A DNA stretch of 40,523 bases from Clostridia bacterium (GTDB lineage: Bacteria > Bacillota > Clostridia > Oscillospirales > SIG627): assembly GCA_017453605.1 (NCBI GenBank), contig JAFTEP010000224.1, forward strand, positions 1 to 40,523, in the 5' to 3' direction. Under the pieces are notes generated by a model. The model made no database searches and was not told the DNA's origin. It worked only from the letters and a program-made list of their open reading frames with translations. This document shows positions 28,001 to 33,989 of the stretch, piece after piece. Both the position numbers and the translations under genes were made by a program. The stretch's first letter is position 1. Each line of letters begins with the position of its first letter.

Positions 28001-28333
28001 GTCGGAGCCCAGAAGACGGGCGCTCTCGCTCACATATTCCTCGTAGGAAAGCGCGTAAGAGTCGCCGACGGAAAAATCCGTCACCGAGATCCCGTATTCT
28101 TCCTCAAGCTCGGTGCCCTGCTTGACGATCTCCCTCACGTCGAGAACGGCGTCCGAGGGGATGCCCGACGAGCCGTCGAACGATACCGTGACTCGGTAGT
28201 TGTTGCCGTCTGAGGCGGTCAGGGTATAGGTGCGCGTCAGCGCGGACACGGCGTACTGCAGAAGCGCGCCGAATCCGGTGAAGAGCATTATGAAGACGCA
28301 GATCAGTGAAATGATTCTTTTAGATTTTTCCAT
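19094..28333 (-). CDS. giant secreted/surface protein (3079 aa): Listeria-Bacteroides (Flg_new) repeats, lectin-like N/S/T-rich insert, Ig-like and SpaA/Cna-B-type domains; no LPXTG
   Basis: N-terminal signal/anchor MEKSKRIISLICVFIMLFTGFGALLQYAV. Many GW-type repeat signatures (FFGWY, FSGWE, LEGWY, FAGWY, FLGWY, FRGWR, FVGWD). C-terminal prealbumin-like modules (FFRKIDGFGNALPGAVFSLY, IFRKINTSFQSLSGAKFDIL). Ends ...ITAKRLSSAP with no sorting signal. Confidence 0.85.
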   Translation of the reverse strand: MEKSKRIISLICVFIMLFTGFGALLQYAVSALTRTYTLTASDGNNYRVTVSFDGSSGIPSDAVLDVREIVKQGTELEEEYGISVTDFSVGDSYALSYEEYVSESARLLGSDPKDFSLARVFDITLRDPDTNEKYQPNNAVAVRIELIDEDLENSGEEIEVVHFGEDKEIMNASVSGSTVEFKTDGFSAYVVIAHEGDEKVVTARVQFHFIDPVYHTSADSGYETLSPVEYQAGEYLFPNKGGTDQTSQILINGESLEFVKNPANRSVDDGNGGLIEQYFFGWYLVEGRFTDDGSQIIYTWSDDPMKLSFEKPITLTLPSTDPQVGDIVYWRIEDAFGSGELDEEGTVHMFLAPIYEDYYFINFHLGTKDDPNLASSLYARKMVVLGSDERVTVRIGNISSPSTNPTKYVFSGWETIDAHGFTVNRYRTVDLEGNEIDSSNTSQNGEYYATFSKSDFVEEEIDLYPVFDEARWIYFNTGRSGNGATYVPAKYRITNDDDGGTWFETLPVSKRPGYKLEGWYADAVVDSDGNILNIDTAMPVEIHYFDNAGNLQTVTENRRAYKLTQWVSDDSCAYTASNYTNSVTVGGTTHKRFTVENGKLYVYKGLESLNLYAEWTSELTPYTVVYWLQNANDDNYTLLTYEVLQGLSGTQTEATQIASNTDLYRDNKLRFCHLSEDQDKSAAGVQSGIRQQTIEGDGSTIVNVYYDRNIYTLRFDIGFARQTSTTGSTVTYTTMTPSEAASHTGTVYGVVNGAYTALIKDVDGNWIVADANGVPYGLIGSDYVPLTATVESTVHLYKPEYVYSSTSSNAESGLYGVNANGDYVELVGTPTTVPGDPVYKLTSTLTDGNEYLIVSRNNNGSGYALGHNGANYSNVGITVNAATSSINAPYISSSGVNATAVWTATANGNAWKFSNGGYFIRNNNNSSTIQISTTNDNSTNWTWDGNNNRLKSGNYSLYYRSGGGYNRFTLRSGNYTTYLYEKTDTSTTSWEYTLNGAPYTGTRYTRAKNGGSTTYPETDATHVVSRGGASYFYDAEGGYGAAGAYIPAVPAGENNTYSYSYNGNSYTGTVYPMAVYGGALYRQTTMQGTWEYFVSYVTNSADGGGYDGFLTTNRYSLGNTNPFGPSEYNGTYTTTNGGSNYIVFYYEITGKFGETIIDEYPGTQPKRVNGTNSYLFVGWIPQQDSYYWYRVSSSIKGLFETISEDLILTGGNRNTGYVNGGRTDGNPDTYTAVSISDPAHDTNTTSGEYGITQEFHCRYTTLNNSHKYLYRIYLADVDTREYPSEPTSKFVITAGSGSNPKDQTPPTYYGYTLVDTKVINNAGTELNPASNNTYGAYTVAELEAAGVGTGMIMVFRFQPNDHTLTFKDSNNNELGSYTYYYGQDLSAADDAHTQLAIENTPEGHTFAGWYENIDGVGNAFDFNRTMPDGQIVLYAIYKPVRYRVKIDPNGAEIDHVNHNYNNNGAEMNRKGYNNYWWDADGNAVSYSADAYDPSWVPFATFNRSEIYNSEGDLERAADTGYRSDQSTYFNGIYGEMVGEYALNRTYVPLSDAAAADYAANGETVYYYVNTQNLPTDGSSLPSDLRNALYMTEDELHQYYLFYRDWVKGNLQGGYISGTTLLGEAAWRNTYVSDQKYRYIFSGEHYEFLGWYEVFYDNEGNETGTSSMPYNFSTPVSGALTLRAQWRLDAGYRIHYIPEYKMEDGTIINGAMFMDQWEDPFAPGSNYADGSKTEILQQPTGLTANGLTTDEYIFRGWRLVSQSVDGGGNVVYNPLEPGKFYDPGDDFIVSAAFADKSSYIYIQAVYEEKDSSYRRPYVTDLTLDANSGYLTTGSYYEGDDLVEGTELSALRDLDWDGVGTLVMDPDTDTIAFCDIQSSVNAHLYRYSTKLTDDISGNALDPVGVNYFRHPSGYLLIGFDDLPDEGDYVATYPADSIIAVQRHEDRTIYAVWEPMVYLNIVNNTEENHGDITLSLTSTDGTALTVVNEKRGVYERIPLDSLSNIVVHQGETLRLAIPNGADKNITITGTNNLGTGYMLYWETDLNGVKDGHPAGHKENLASFSITDMLKENHSDTEKGLTVTFTTRKADKVLILDQNWNGSRTEVYFSNYSTDDNYVGLPYTLPGTGTRLAWTFVGWDEDPSLRPDIENGTDLPEYLASNADSLLIASMTDFFEAKDTDHNDVVTLYAIWSSDDKANTVRVYKLIPEPGKQDKEFDFTVSFKGSYRNDEAHINGTITERTSPVISLTNEQYMVIVTEVIDGESTGKAKVTQTIQKYGTNDQPIGSALVVTTGDINVSAVVNFYLEIKVVEAEYTNYITTSSVESEIIPDSLTTNGNLLSWTNYTTGGTVFYTNARKTAEVTVKKVLKNHPADMAFTFRGSYTLTEDGVTVTKTLQNISVLSSSSTGTAFAEKIPVGAILTVTEIADNSFDVTAAAQNGSADTDAADNVYKFTVTADETLTFTNTLKSYPVRIVLVGFDGTTTYTDVEAQFSLRADVSSIVNHKYTTPDDNLIYDGILSVGEYSLIEHWVQSGYLGLDRDVTLTVSGDDTVTSDDAMHIVITGNKTDGFLVTVYNQKTVDLSIEKTLIDPLLGSGRTFYFAVSYSNTLNGVTETVNKSGENAIALASGSRTTFTVPIGAANLTVAEEVSRRVSSSSLVTIAETYETYYRITNGSNEVVPADTGSSYTYTTVAASNDKDLISFTNKAKTVDVTVEKEVTADDTSGTFTFVATLSKGATGIPGYAIFVNGTPADDSDDVLTDASGQYSFTLRHGGTMVLTLPVGARLQVRETGLSGTTDPTLTLEDDYQTTAAAYYTAGGGYTGSTSWAENSRSYTIVSVPGDDLTLTFTNGSGGKEVFFRKIDGFGNALPGAVFSLYTSYSDAVAKGTSGRVSLTVGTTKTDTVTSATTLDVNGFNVGFKVPNGVYYMTEIGTVTGCRTNSYIYRVTVGAAGTTVEGITLPAGSDYLVERMSDSTTVDAVPDIPVYGLLNESRAERKVIFRKINTSFQSLSGAKFDILRVDMTVVASDCVSGETGAFWIGKLPYGKYYLKETEAPAGYNDAPVWFEVRVDSSGITAKRLSSAP

Positions 28334-28412
28334 CGGATATTTTCCTTATCGATCGGGATGATTTTTCTTTGTTCATCTTCGTCCGCGCCCGCCCGGCGCG
28401 AACTTTTCTTCA

Positions 28413-30617
28413 TTAATTCTTTATATTGATGATCCTGACCTCGGGCGAAGGCCAGTCGCCGAAGTGCTTTGCGACAAAATCCGTGCTTGAGACGGACGCG
28501 CCGAGCTGTTCGACTGTCAGAAGGGCGTAATCGCCCTGATAATACTGTACGAGGGACGCGTCGTATGCGGACGCGCTCTTGCGGGTGCCGGTGAGATAAG
28601 CGTTGTAGATCGCGCTGGTCTCGTCGAACGCATCTATATCCGCCGAGCCGGGATCCATGTATCTCTTGCCGTCGGCGCCTGCGTCGAGCTCGTTGACGAT
28701 CTCATAGTAGTAATTGAGATTTGAAAGCTGCGCCGATCCGGAGACTTCTGCGACGAACGCGCCGGAAGAGGCCGTGGCGTTCACAAGACCGGTCGCGTAG
28801 CAGTTCGACACGAGTCCGCCGTCTATCGCCGCCGCCAGACCTCCGGCGGCCGCTCCCTTCGCGGAGCAGGTGGAATAACTGTTGTAAACTGTCGAGCCGG
28901 TCGAGGTCCCGATGAGACCGCCCGCGCTTCCGCCCGCCGCCGTCACGTTGAAGGACGCGGGGTCGTAGGCGCCGTTTTGGGTGTGTCCGCCGGAATAGCA
29001 GGCGCTGACGGTCGCGGCTCTCGCCTCGCCGATGAGTCCGCCCGCGTCTGCGGCGATCCCTGACGAGCTGACGACCAGAGCCGCCGCGCTCTTTGTGATC
29101 TGGCTGTTCTGAGCGCGGCCGATGAGTCCGCCGACGTCTCCCGCGCCGCTTATAGTCGCGGCAGCGGAGGAACTGCTGTTGATGGCGACAACGTTGGCGA
29201 CGGTCGATCCGAGGGCCGTTCCCGCGAGGGCTCCGGCTCCCGAGGTCCCGCCCGCGATCGTGAAGTCGACGAGCTTGAGATCCCTGACTGTGTCGCCGGT
29301 CAGATCGCCGAACAGACCCGCCGACTGAGAAGAGCCGGAGGTGTCGGCGTCGATCCCGGTGATCGAACAGAGCGCGCCGTCGTAGGTCATGGTATAATCC
29401 GCGGTGTTGACCGGCTTGAATTTCGCGTCGGTGAGCTGACCGGAAGCGCCGTAGATCCTGGGGTAGACGGATGCGTTCCAGGTGAGATCGGTGGTCTGCA
29501 GGGCGCTGACCTGCTCGGAAGACGTGACGTGCTTCAGCGCGGAGTTTGTCACGTTCACCGAAGACACGGTCCGGTCGAGATTTTCGAGATGGCGGATATA
29601 CGAGACGTGCGCGGACGCCTTGTCCGAATCGTTGTATGCGAACAGACTGTTGGTCGTCTGTTTGGTGCTGTAGGCGACGTTGGTGAGTTCGCTGTTGTTG
29701 TATGCGACCGCCTGGATCGTTATATCCTCGCCGGGGATCAGAGGATCGGTCCCCGTGCAGAAAAGATCGGCAAAATGCTTTCCGGACTGAGTGATATCGT
29801 CGAGGACGATGTCTCTGTAGACGACGTTGTCGGTGTTCTCGGTCACGTCGGAGTTGGAGTAGTATTCCGAAAGACCCGCCAGAGAGAGCGTGATCTCGCG
29901 GCTGTTCTTGCTGGTCACGCCGGTGATTATGAGTTTCAGCTTCGCGTTGGGGTTGCCTTTGTTGAAATCCGTGACGGTGACGGTCAGCTTGTCGGCGTTT
30001 GTTACGACGATCTTCGGCGCCAGAAGCTCTGCGCCCTTCGTGAGGGCAGCGGCCTCGGCTCCGCCGTACCATCCGATGACGGAGCTGTCGCCGACGTAGG
30101 TCCTGAGTTCGCTCTTATGTTCTTCGCCGGTCTTGGTCATGAAGTCGGCGTAGTTGTCGGCGTAATTATGTCTGAACCGCCCGCTGTCCTCCCAGTAGAA
30201 AACGTCGAGGACCGTCGCGGCGTCGCGGTGGTAGCGGATGATATAGCAGCCGCTCGCCCTGATGTGCTCGTCGACGGCGGCGAAGGGGAGCATGAGGTCG
30301 AAAACGGTGGTCTCAAGGCTCGCGCGGTTGTTGCCGGCCTTGACGAAATAGTATACCCCCGTGTTTTTGTTTTCGGAGTCCTTTTCGGGGATGCCGAAAT
30401 CGGTGCGTCCGAGATATCCCTGGCTTTCCGCCATGGACAGATGGTTCTGCGCCGCGACGAAGATCTCCTTCGCGAATGCGTCGTATTCGAGCTTGGTCAT
30501 GGAGCGCAGGTAAGTATGGACGGCGACAAAGACAACGGCGGCGAGGATGAGCACTATCGCCACTGTAAGAAGTGCCTCCGCCAGCGTGAATCCCTTTTCG
30601 CGTCTGTTTTTGTTCAT
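28413..30617 (-). CDS. modular type IV pilin-like protein with C-terminal GLUG-repeat domain (734 aa)
   Basis: Class III signal MNKNRREKG|FTLAEALLTVAIVLILAAVVFVAV with Glu5. C-terminal GLUG-type repeats (GGLIGRAQNSQI, AGGLIGEARAATVSACYSGG, AGGLIGTSTGSTVYNSYS, GGLVSNCYATGLV). ATG at 30617 follows GGTGA; the track start at 30626 is a GTG inside the RBS. Confidence 0.8.
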   Translation of the reverse strand: MNKNRREKGFTLAEALLTVAIVLILAAVVFVAVHTYLRSMTKLEYDAFAKEIFVAAQNHLSMAESQGYLGRTDFGIPEKDSENKNTGVYYFVKAGNNRASLETTVFDLMLPFAAVDEHIRASGCYIIRYHRDAATVLDVFYWEDSGRFRHNYADNYADFMTKTGEEHKSELRTYVGDSSVIGWYGGAEAAALTKGAELLAPKIVVTNADKLTVTVTDFNKGNPNAKLKLIITGVTSKNSREITLSLAGLSEYYSNSDVTENTDNVVYRDIVLDDITQSGKHFADLFCTGTDPLIPGEDITIQAVAYNNSELTNVAYSTKQTTNSLFAYNDSDKASAHVSYIRHLENLDRTVSSVNVTNSALKHVTSSEQVSALQTTDLTWNASVYPRIYGASGQLTDAKFKPVNTADYTMTYDGALCSITGIDADTSGSSQSAGLFGDLTGDTVRDLKLVDFTIAGGTSGAGALAGTALGSTVANVVAINSSSSAAATISGAGDVGGLIGRAQNSQITKSAAALVVSSSGIAADAGGLIGEARAATVSACYSGGHTQNGAYDPASFNVTAAGGSAGGLIGTSTGSTVYNSYSTCSAKGAAAGGLAAAIDGGLVSNCYATGLVNATASSGAFVAEVSGSAQLSNLNYYYEIVNELDAGADGKRYMDPGSADIDAFDETSAIYNAYLTGTRKSASAYDASLVQYYQGDYALLTVEQLGASVSSTDFVAKHFGDWPSPEVRIINIKN

Positions 30618-30635
30618 TTCAATCACCGTTTTGAA

Positions 30636-31175
30636 TTATGTTCGGTCTGTCAGTATCCTGATTTCGAAAGTGTCTATCTCGGTCACGGTCGTATCGCCGT
30701 TCAGCACCGTGAGTCCGGTCACCGTGACGACTCCGCCGGAATAGTCGAACGCGCACGTCGTGTGCAGGTTCTTGTTCGACGCCTCGGTCGTGACCAGCAG
30801 ACGGTTGAAAGTGTCGTCCTCGATCACGTCGGTGTACTCGTGTATGTAGATGCCGGGCTTTTGCGAAACGTCCGATCCGACGATGTAGATCTTGCTTTTG
30901 CTTCCGTTGTCGCTCGTGTAGGCGATCTCGTTCTTCGCGTCGTTCACCGTGATGTCCTTGGCTGTGCCGAGCTCGTCGCGCAGGCGCGTCATCGTCGTCG
31001 AGAGGAGCACCTGGGCGTTTGCGGAAGTGACGATCTTGCTGTATGCGCTCGCGGCTGTCGGTATCCCCGCCGCCAGGACCGCGGTGACCATGAGCAGGAT
31101 CAGGATCGCCATGAGCATCTCGGCGAAGGAGAATCCGCCGCGCGAATTCAGTCGCGTTCTTATCCTTTTTGTCAT
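30636..31175 (-). CDS. prepilin-type N-terminal cleavage/methylation domain protein (pseudopilin, 179 aa)
   Basis: MTKRIRTRLNSRGG|FSFAEMLMAILILLMVTAVLAAG: Gly-1, Glu5 and a hydrophobic helix. 4-nt ATGA overlap with the upstream gene. Confidence 0.8.
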   Translation of the reverse strand: MTKRIRTRLNSRGGFSFAEMLMAILILLMVTAVLAAGIPTAASAYSKIVTSANAQVLLSTTMTRLRDELGTAKDITVNDAKNEIAYTSDNGSKSKIYIVGSDVSQKPGIYIHEYTDVIEDDTFNRLLVTTEASNKNLHTTCAFDYSGGVVTVTGLTVLNGDTTVTEIDTFEIRILTDRT

Positions 31176-31516
31176 GACGCCACCCTGTAGCTCTTCACGC
31201 TCTCGTTCTCGGAGTTCGAGTAGTAGACGACGGTGATGCTTCCCGCGCCGTCTGTGAGAGTGATCGTTTCGGAGCCTTCCTTTATGCTCACGGTGCCGGT
31301 CTCGGAGGAGCCGTTCTGCTCGACGACCGAGCGGTCCGCGCTGACGTAGTCGGCGACCTTTTCCCTGCTGTTGGAGATCATCGTCGAGGAGGCGTTTATC
31401 ATTCCCGCGAGAAGAACGATCGCGAGCGAGGAGACGAGCAGGGCGATCAGGATTTCGGAAAGGCTTTCGCCGCGGACGTCCTTTAACTTTTTGAGGATCT
31501 TAGGGGTTCGTTTCAT
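31172..31516 (-). CDS. prepilin-type pseudopilin (114 aa)
   Basis: MKRTPKILKKLKDVRG|ESLSEILIALLVSSLAIVLLAG: Gly-1, Glu at +5 and a hydrophobic helix. Overlaps the upstream gene by 17 nt. Confidence 0.7.
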   Translation of the reverse strand: MKRTPKILKKLKDVRGESLSEILIALLVSSLAIVLLAGMINASSTMISNSREKVADYVSADRSVVEQNGSSETGTVSIKEGSETITLTDGAGSITVVYYSNSENESVKSYRVAS

Positions 31517-32321
31517 TTGTCGCCGATGCCTCCTTTCTCAGACTTCCGACCGACCATTTGATCACGGAAGTTTCTTCCAGGACGGTCGTCCTTTCATAGG
31601 TCTGTATATATCCGCTTGAGGTCTGTCTCGTTCTCGTGCCGTCCGAGGAGGTCGTCTTTTCGGTCTCGTTGACCTCCGGGATCAGGGTGAGGATGACGCT
31701 GTAGCTGTCTTTTTCCGCGCCGTCCGTTATCCTCAGGACGAGCGTCCCGTCCGACTTCATGCTCCAGAAGACTTCGGCGTCAAGACTGCTGTCCGAGTGG
31801 GACACGGTGAACTTGCCTCCGCTCTCGGAGTTGGAGAAGGAATATCCCATCGCGGCTTCGTTGTTGCAGGAGGCGGATCCGAAGAGCAGATGCACGGCGC
31901 GCGCCGTGAGGAAACTCAGATCGGCGGTCGAAAGGAGGTAGTCGGGCGAGGAATATTCGACGGAACCTACTGTCGTTTTATAATTGTATTCGACGTTATC
32001 GACGGGGGTTCCGGGCGAAACGTTCTCGGCGCCGTCGACGATCGAAACGGTGTACGGCGTTTCGGTCGCGTTCAGAGTGGTTTTGGTGCGGACGATCTTC
32101 ACTTCTTTCCCGCAGAGCAGATCCTCGAGCAGTTCGGCGGCGGAAGAAACTTTGTAATATCTCTGATCCGATTCGACGAGCCCGCTCATCCTTCCGGCGG
32201 ACGCGGTCGCCGCGGTGAGGACCACGGCTCCGATGACTGCGCAGACAAGGAACAGTAGAAGTGCCATCGAAAGAGAAGCGCCCTTGTTAGATCTCAGTTT
32301 TTCGATAATAGGTTTGCCCAT
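31500..32321 (-). CDS. pilin-like protein lacking Glu5 (GspK/PilX/ComGG-like cap candidate, 273 aa)
   Basis: MGKPIIEKLRSNKG|ASLSMALLLFLVCAVIGAVVL has Met instead of Glu at +5. I prefer the ATG at 32321; the 33-aa extension to 32420 has no RBS and is non-pilin-like. Confidence 0.65.
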   Translation of the reverse strand: MGKPIIEKLRSNKGASLSMALLLFLVCAVIGAVVLTAATASAGRMSGLVESDQRYYKVSSAAELLEDLLCGKEVKIVRTKTTLNATETPYTVSIVDGAENVSPGTPVDNVEYNYKTTVGSVEYSSPDYLLSTADLSFLTARAVHLLFGSASCNNEAAMGYSFSNSESGGKFTVSHSDSSLDAEVFWSMKSDGTLVLRITDGAEKDSYSVILTLIPEVNETEKTTSSDGTRTRQTSSGYIQTYERTTVLEETSVIKWSVGSLRKEASATNETNP

Positions 32322-32430
32322 CGTGATAATTATACCTTTCCGACGCACTCCAAAAACCATTCTGTCGGCGTCGCTGAAAATCGTTTGAACATTTTTATCC
32401 ATAGTATAATAGTTCAGCATACTACTATAA

Positions 32431-32512
32431 CCCGAAAATTTTAAATCTTTATTACTTATCTATGAACAAACTATAAATTAGTCCAAAACTCCCGAAAGTT
32501 TTTATCTTTCTT
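32431..32512. repeat. two ~22-nt direct repeats 60 nt apart in the AT-rich divergent intergenic region
   Basis: CCCGAAAATTTTAAATCTTTA (from 32431) and CCCGAAAGTTTTTATCTTTC (from 32491). Local GC is far below the window average. Confidence 0.5.
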
Positions 32513-32618
32513 TTATATGACGAATCAACTTTTTCAAATAATTGTCAGCTTATGTCCTTATTGCTGTCAGATCCCGCCGTTTTTCTCTGCGCCCCGGGGA
32601 CTTGAATTTGCCCGCATA

Positions 32619-32638
32619 ATGTTGTAAAATGTTGTAAA
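32619..32638. repeat. perfect tandem duplication ATGTTGTAAA x2
   Basis: Units at 32619-32628 and 32629-32638, about 100 nt upstream of the first WYL gene. Confidence 0.6.
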
Positions 32639-32738
32639 AATTTGAAAAAGAAATACTCCGGGCGCTTTTTGACGTTCACCCGAAACCACTTGCGGCAAAA
32701 GCTCCCGACAGATCTCCCCAACCCGGCAGGTGATCGTT

Positions 32739-33989
32739 ATGGCATACAGCGAGCTTATAAAGAATTTCGGCAGGATCCGCGATTATATGCGCGAGTTTTA
32801 CGTTTACGGCTTCAAGAGCCGGGACGAATACACGCTCAAAAGCGCCAGATCCTACGACGACGAGCGGAGGCGGCTGGAAAGCTGGCTCGGCGACTATATG
32901 GGATTCAGGCAGACCCCCGACGGGAAGAAAGTGTTTCTTTCCATCGACAGCAGGATCTGCCGTCACAATCCGCTTTACAAGGCGTGGAAGGCGAAGAGCT
33001 TCACAGACGGCGACATAACTCTGCACTTTCTCTTGTTCGATATCCTCTGTTCACCTGAGATCAGCCTGACCCTGAACGAGCTGACCCAAAAACTCGACGA
33101 ATATCTTGAATTTTTCGGCGGGCCGAGGACCTTCGACGTCTCCACCGTCCGCAAAAAGCTCAAAGAATACGTTTCGGAGGGGATAATCGTCGCCGAAAAG
33201 CGCGGGAAGACGCTTTGCTACCGCCGCGCCGAGGGCGATCTCACGTTCGATCCCGACGCGCTCGCGTTCTTTTCGGAGGTCGCGCCGGTCGGAGTCGTCG
33301 GCTCGTACCTTCTCGACAAACAAAGCCCCTCCCCCGACCGCTTCGCCTTCAAGCATCACTACATAACAGGGGCGCTCGACAGCGAGATCGTCTGTCAGCT
33401 CCTGGACGCTGTATCTTCCGGGCGGTATATCACTCTCGGGACCGTGAACCGCAGGAAGGACAGGCTCTCGGAAAGCCGCGTCGTGCCGCTCAGGATATTC
33501 ATAAGCGTGCAGAGCGGCAGACACTATCTGATGGCGTTCGCGCCTCGATTCAGGCGCATCACCTCCTACCGGATCGACAACATCCTTTCCGTGAAAGAGG
33601 ACGAGGTCTGCCCGGAGTTCGGCGAGCTGAAACAGAGGCTCGAAGAGATGGAGCCGCATATCTGGGGAGTCAGCACTCAGGGCGGATCGGGCGAGCGGAT
33701 AGAGCACGTCGAGTTCACCGTGAGATATTCTCCCGAGGAGCCATTCATACATCAGCGGCTCGAGCGCGAGAAGCGCTGCGGAAAAGTCGAAAGGCTTTCG
33801 GACACTTCGAGCAGATTTTCCGCCGACGTTTATGACGCGACCGAGCTGGTCCCGTGGATCAGGACCTTCATCTGCCGCATAACCGACGTGAGTTTTTCCG
33901 ACAAGGCGCTCGAAAGAAGGTTCAGGCAGGATATTCTGGATATGTACGCGCTCTACGGCTTGGGATCGGAAGGCGGTGACGGGAAATGA
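32739..33989 (+). CDS. WYL-domain protein A (N-terminal YGFKSR-type region + wHTH, WYL, WCX-like C-terminus)
   Basis: WYL core GRHYLMAFAPRFRRITSYRIDNILSV. The ATG at 32739 lies 5 nt after AGGTGA; the track start at 32730 is a GTG inside the RBS. Confidence 0.75.
   Translation: MAYSELIKNFGRIRDYMREFYVYGFKSRDEYTLKSARSYDDERRRLESWLGDYMGFRQTPDGKKVFLSIDSRICRHNPLYKAWKAKSFTDGDITLHFLLFDILCSPEISLTLNELTQKLDEYLEFFGGPRTFDVSTVRKKLKEYVSEGIIVAEKRGKTLCYRRAEGDLTFDPDALAFFSEVAPVGVVGSYLLDKQSPSPDRFAFKHHYITGALDSEIVCQLLDAVSSGRYITLGTVNRRKDRLSESRVVPLRIFISVQSGRHYLMAFAPRFRRITSYRIDNILSVKEDEVCPEFGELKQRLEEMEPHIWGVSTQGGSGERIEHVEFTVRYSPEEPFIHQRLEREKRCGKVERLSDTSSRFSADVYDATELVPWIRTFICRITDVSFSDKALERRFRQDILDMYALYGLGSEGGDGK

Noticed and set aside
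28702-31190. 456-aa minus-frame and 553-aa plus-strand ORFs overlapping the pilin genes
   Set aside because: Their translations are Arg/Gly-rich, out of frame with or antisense to genes that carry textbook prepilin leaders and GLUG repeats.
32619-32638. Tandem 10-nt repeat as a CRISPR or other array
   Set aside because: There are only two units, no spacers and no cas genes. It is more likely a protein-binding site or a slippage duplication.
32590-32640. Possible c-di-GMP riboswitch in the pilin-operon leader (minus strand GCGGGCAAATTCAAGTCCCCGGGGCGCAGAG)
   Set aside because: Only a GGGCAAA-like fragment resembles the GEMM motif. I could not reconstruct the paired helices or the conserved ACGCAAAGC element by eye. 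This needs a covariance-model scan before any claim.
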